A stretch of 36,577 nt of DNA from Octopus bimaculoides. Taxonomy: Eukaryota. The stretch spans positions 90,703,098 through 90,739,674 of the forward strand of contig NC_068981.1 in NCBI RefSeq assembly GCF_001194135.2. The letters are read 5' to 3'. Positions 34,583-36,577 of the stretch are shown in pieces. The notes under the pieces were generated by a model, which was not told the origin of the DNA, did no database searches, and saw nothing but the letters and a program-made list of their open reading frames with translations. The translations under genes and the position numbers were made by a program. Each line of letters begins with the position of its first letter. The first letter of the stretch is position 1.

Positions 34583-36244
34583 CAGTGGTGGAGAAACCCC
34601 TACCTGTGGGTGAAATTTTGCTCGCAAGCCCATTTTATTGTGCCTGCAGGTTGAATGCATTCATTATGACTACAAGCCAGTTGGCTTTTGCTTTTCTCAG
34701 ACAGCAGTAATAACAAAAATTTAACAAGTGATAATTAACTGGTTTATAACTTTGTTAAATCAATTTTTCAATACCCTTATCAATATGGTAAGTGGCTATA
34801 AACATCTTAAAAAAAGTAGAGCTAGTGAATGTGCTTTGTTTGATGAAAAATGGACTGAGTTTTATTTTTTTATTGAAATAGATATCAAGTGCATTTGTCT
34901 TATTCACAATGAACAAGTAGCCATTCATAAATATAATATTGAGAGGCATTTTGTGAGTAAGCATAAGACCTATGAAAATTTGAAAGAATCTGAACACTTT
35001 GACATGAGAGCTTCCTTGAAAGAAAATCTGACTAAAAGATAAGCTTTTTTTAAAAGGCCAATTCTTGAAAGTGAATCAGTAACTTGAGCTAGTTATGCAG
35101 TATGCGGAAATATTGCTAAAAAACTCAGACCACATAGCAATGGTGAATTCATGAAAGAATAAATCCTTACTGCTGTTAATAATATATATACAGAAAAACT
35201 TTGTTTGGAAATATTAGCTTATCAAGAAGAACTGTTTCTGATCATATTAAAAGTATTGTTGATGACATTCAAAATTCTCTAAAATCTGATTCAGCAGAAT
35301 TCGTATTGTTTTCATTAACTATTGATGAAACAATTGATCTGTCTAACACTGCTCAGATGGCAATATTTATACATGGAATAACTGCAAAATTCAACATTCA
35401 GGAAGAATTTTTTTCTTTGAAATCAATGTATGGAACAACTAAAGGTGAAGATTTATTTCAAATGGTCAACTCAGCCTTAAAGGATTTTGATATACTGTAT
35501 GAAAAAAATGAGTGGTCTTGCTACAGATGGTGATCCATTTATGGCAAGTCATGAAAATGGGTTTGTAGCTTTGATTAAGAATGAATTTAAGAAACCTCTT
35601 GTGGATCCAGAAACTTTGTGTGTCACTGTTTTATTTATATGGAAACTTTATGTGCAAAATCTCATGTTAATTTGATGAAAAACAAAGGGTTGAATAATAG
35701 GGAATTTAAAGAATTTTTGAAAGATCTTGAAGTTTAATATGTGAAGTTAGGTGGTTAAGTAAGGTCCAAATGCATAAACAATTTTCTGAACTGAAGGAAG
35801 AAGTGAAAACTTCTATGGATATTAAAGGTGTTCCTATTATAGAACTGGAAGATAAAAAGTTTCAAAGTGATTTAGCATTTTTAGTAGATATAACTAGTCA
35901 TTTAAAAAATGACTAGTTATATCTAGTCATTGAAACTACAAGGTACCAATCAGCTAATAACCTGTTTGCTTTCTCAAATCAAAAGCCTTGAATTAATGCT
36001 TCATTTTTTTGTCACACAATTGAAAAGAAAGTGTATCACACATTTTCCAAAACTGAGTGAACAAAATCCCGAATCAACAAAGGAATATTCTGACGAGTGT
36101 GAAAGTCTTTTGAAGAAATCTGAAAGTAGATTTGAAGAAACACAAAACAAAATTGAATTACGTGTTTTTGAAAGACCTTTTGATATGTGTCCCGAGGAGG
36201 CTCCAGATTCCTTACAATTAGAATTAATTGATTTGCAGTCGGAT
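34583..36244 (+). mobile_element. hAT DNA transposon relic (Charlie/SPIN/Buster-like), left end to SINE insertion
   Basis: Left terminus CAGTGGTGGAGAAACCCCTACCTGTGGG resembles Charlie-group TIR ends and precedes the transposase remnants. Confidence 0.75.
34785..36244 (+). pseudogene. Disrupted hAT transposase (BED-type zinc finger + DDE remnants)
   Basis: FDEKWTEFYFF..CICLIH..KYNIERHFVSKH; FSLTIDETIDLSNTAQMAIFI; LATDG; FLVDITSHL; LQLELIDLQSDN. Multiple stops and frameshifts. Confidence 0.9.
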
Positions 36245-36577
36245 AACTCTTTTACTCTTTTACTTGTTTCAGTCTTTTGACTGTGGCCATGCTGGAGCAC
36301 CACCTTTAGTCGAGCAAATCGACCCCAGGACTTATTCTTTAGAAGCCTAGTACTTATTCTATCTGTCACTTTTGCCGAACTGCTAAGTTACGGGGACATA
36401 AACACACCAGCATCGGTTGTCAAGCGATGTTGGGAGGACAAACACAGACACACAAATACATACACACATACATATATATATATATATATACATATATACG
36501 ACGGGCTTCTTTCAGTTTCCGTCTACCAAATCCACTCACAAGGCTTTGGATGGCCCGAGGCTATAGTAGAAGACACT
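36245..36577 (-). mobile_element. SINE family 1, head beyond the window
   Basis: Very similar to 23700-24020; it interrupts the hAT transposase. Confidence 0.92.

Overview
AT-rich, microsatellite-dense eukaryotic DNA from a gapped assembly (7 N-gaps, several at (TA)n runs). The SINE/RTE repertoire points to an octopus (inference). The window is almost entirely intronic or intergenic and repeat-derived: four tRNA-headed SINE types (about 25 copies), RTE-clade LINE fragments, an R4/Dong-type fragment in a (TAA)n tract, mariner relics, Tc1/mariner and TTAA (piggyBac-type) MITEs, and a decayed hAT (Charlie/SPIN-like) transposase. No complete gene, rRNA, true tRNA or CRISPR array is supportable. 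A few unidentified minus-strand candidate exons are reported at low confidence. The most notable structures are a complete 865-bp miniature LTR retrotransposon (TRIM) at 6148-7012, an LTR with a triplicated tRNA-Trp primer-binding site at 7-708, a 1.7-kb foldback with ~560-bp arms at 7722-9455, and an RTE relic with twin-priming geometry. I see no evidence for a new multi-gene system. SINE/LINE boundaries are approximate, and identities were judged by eye.
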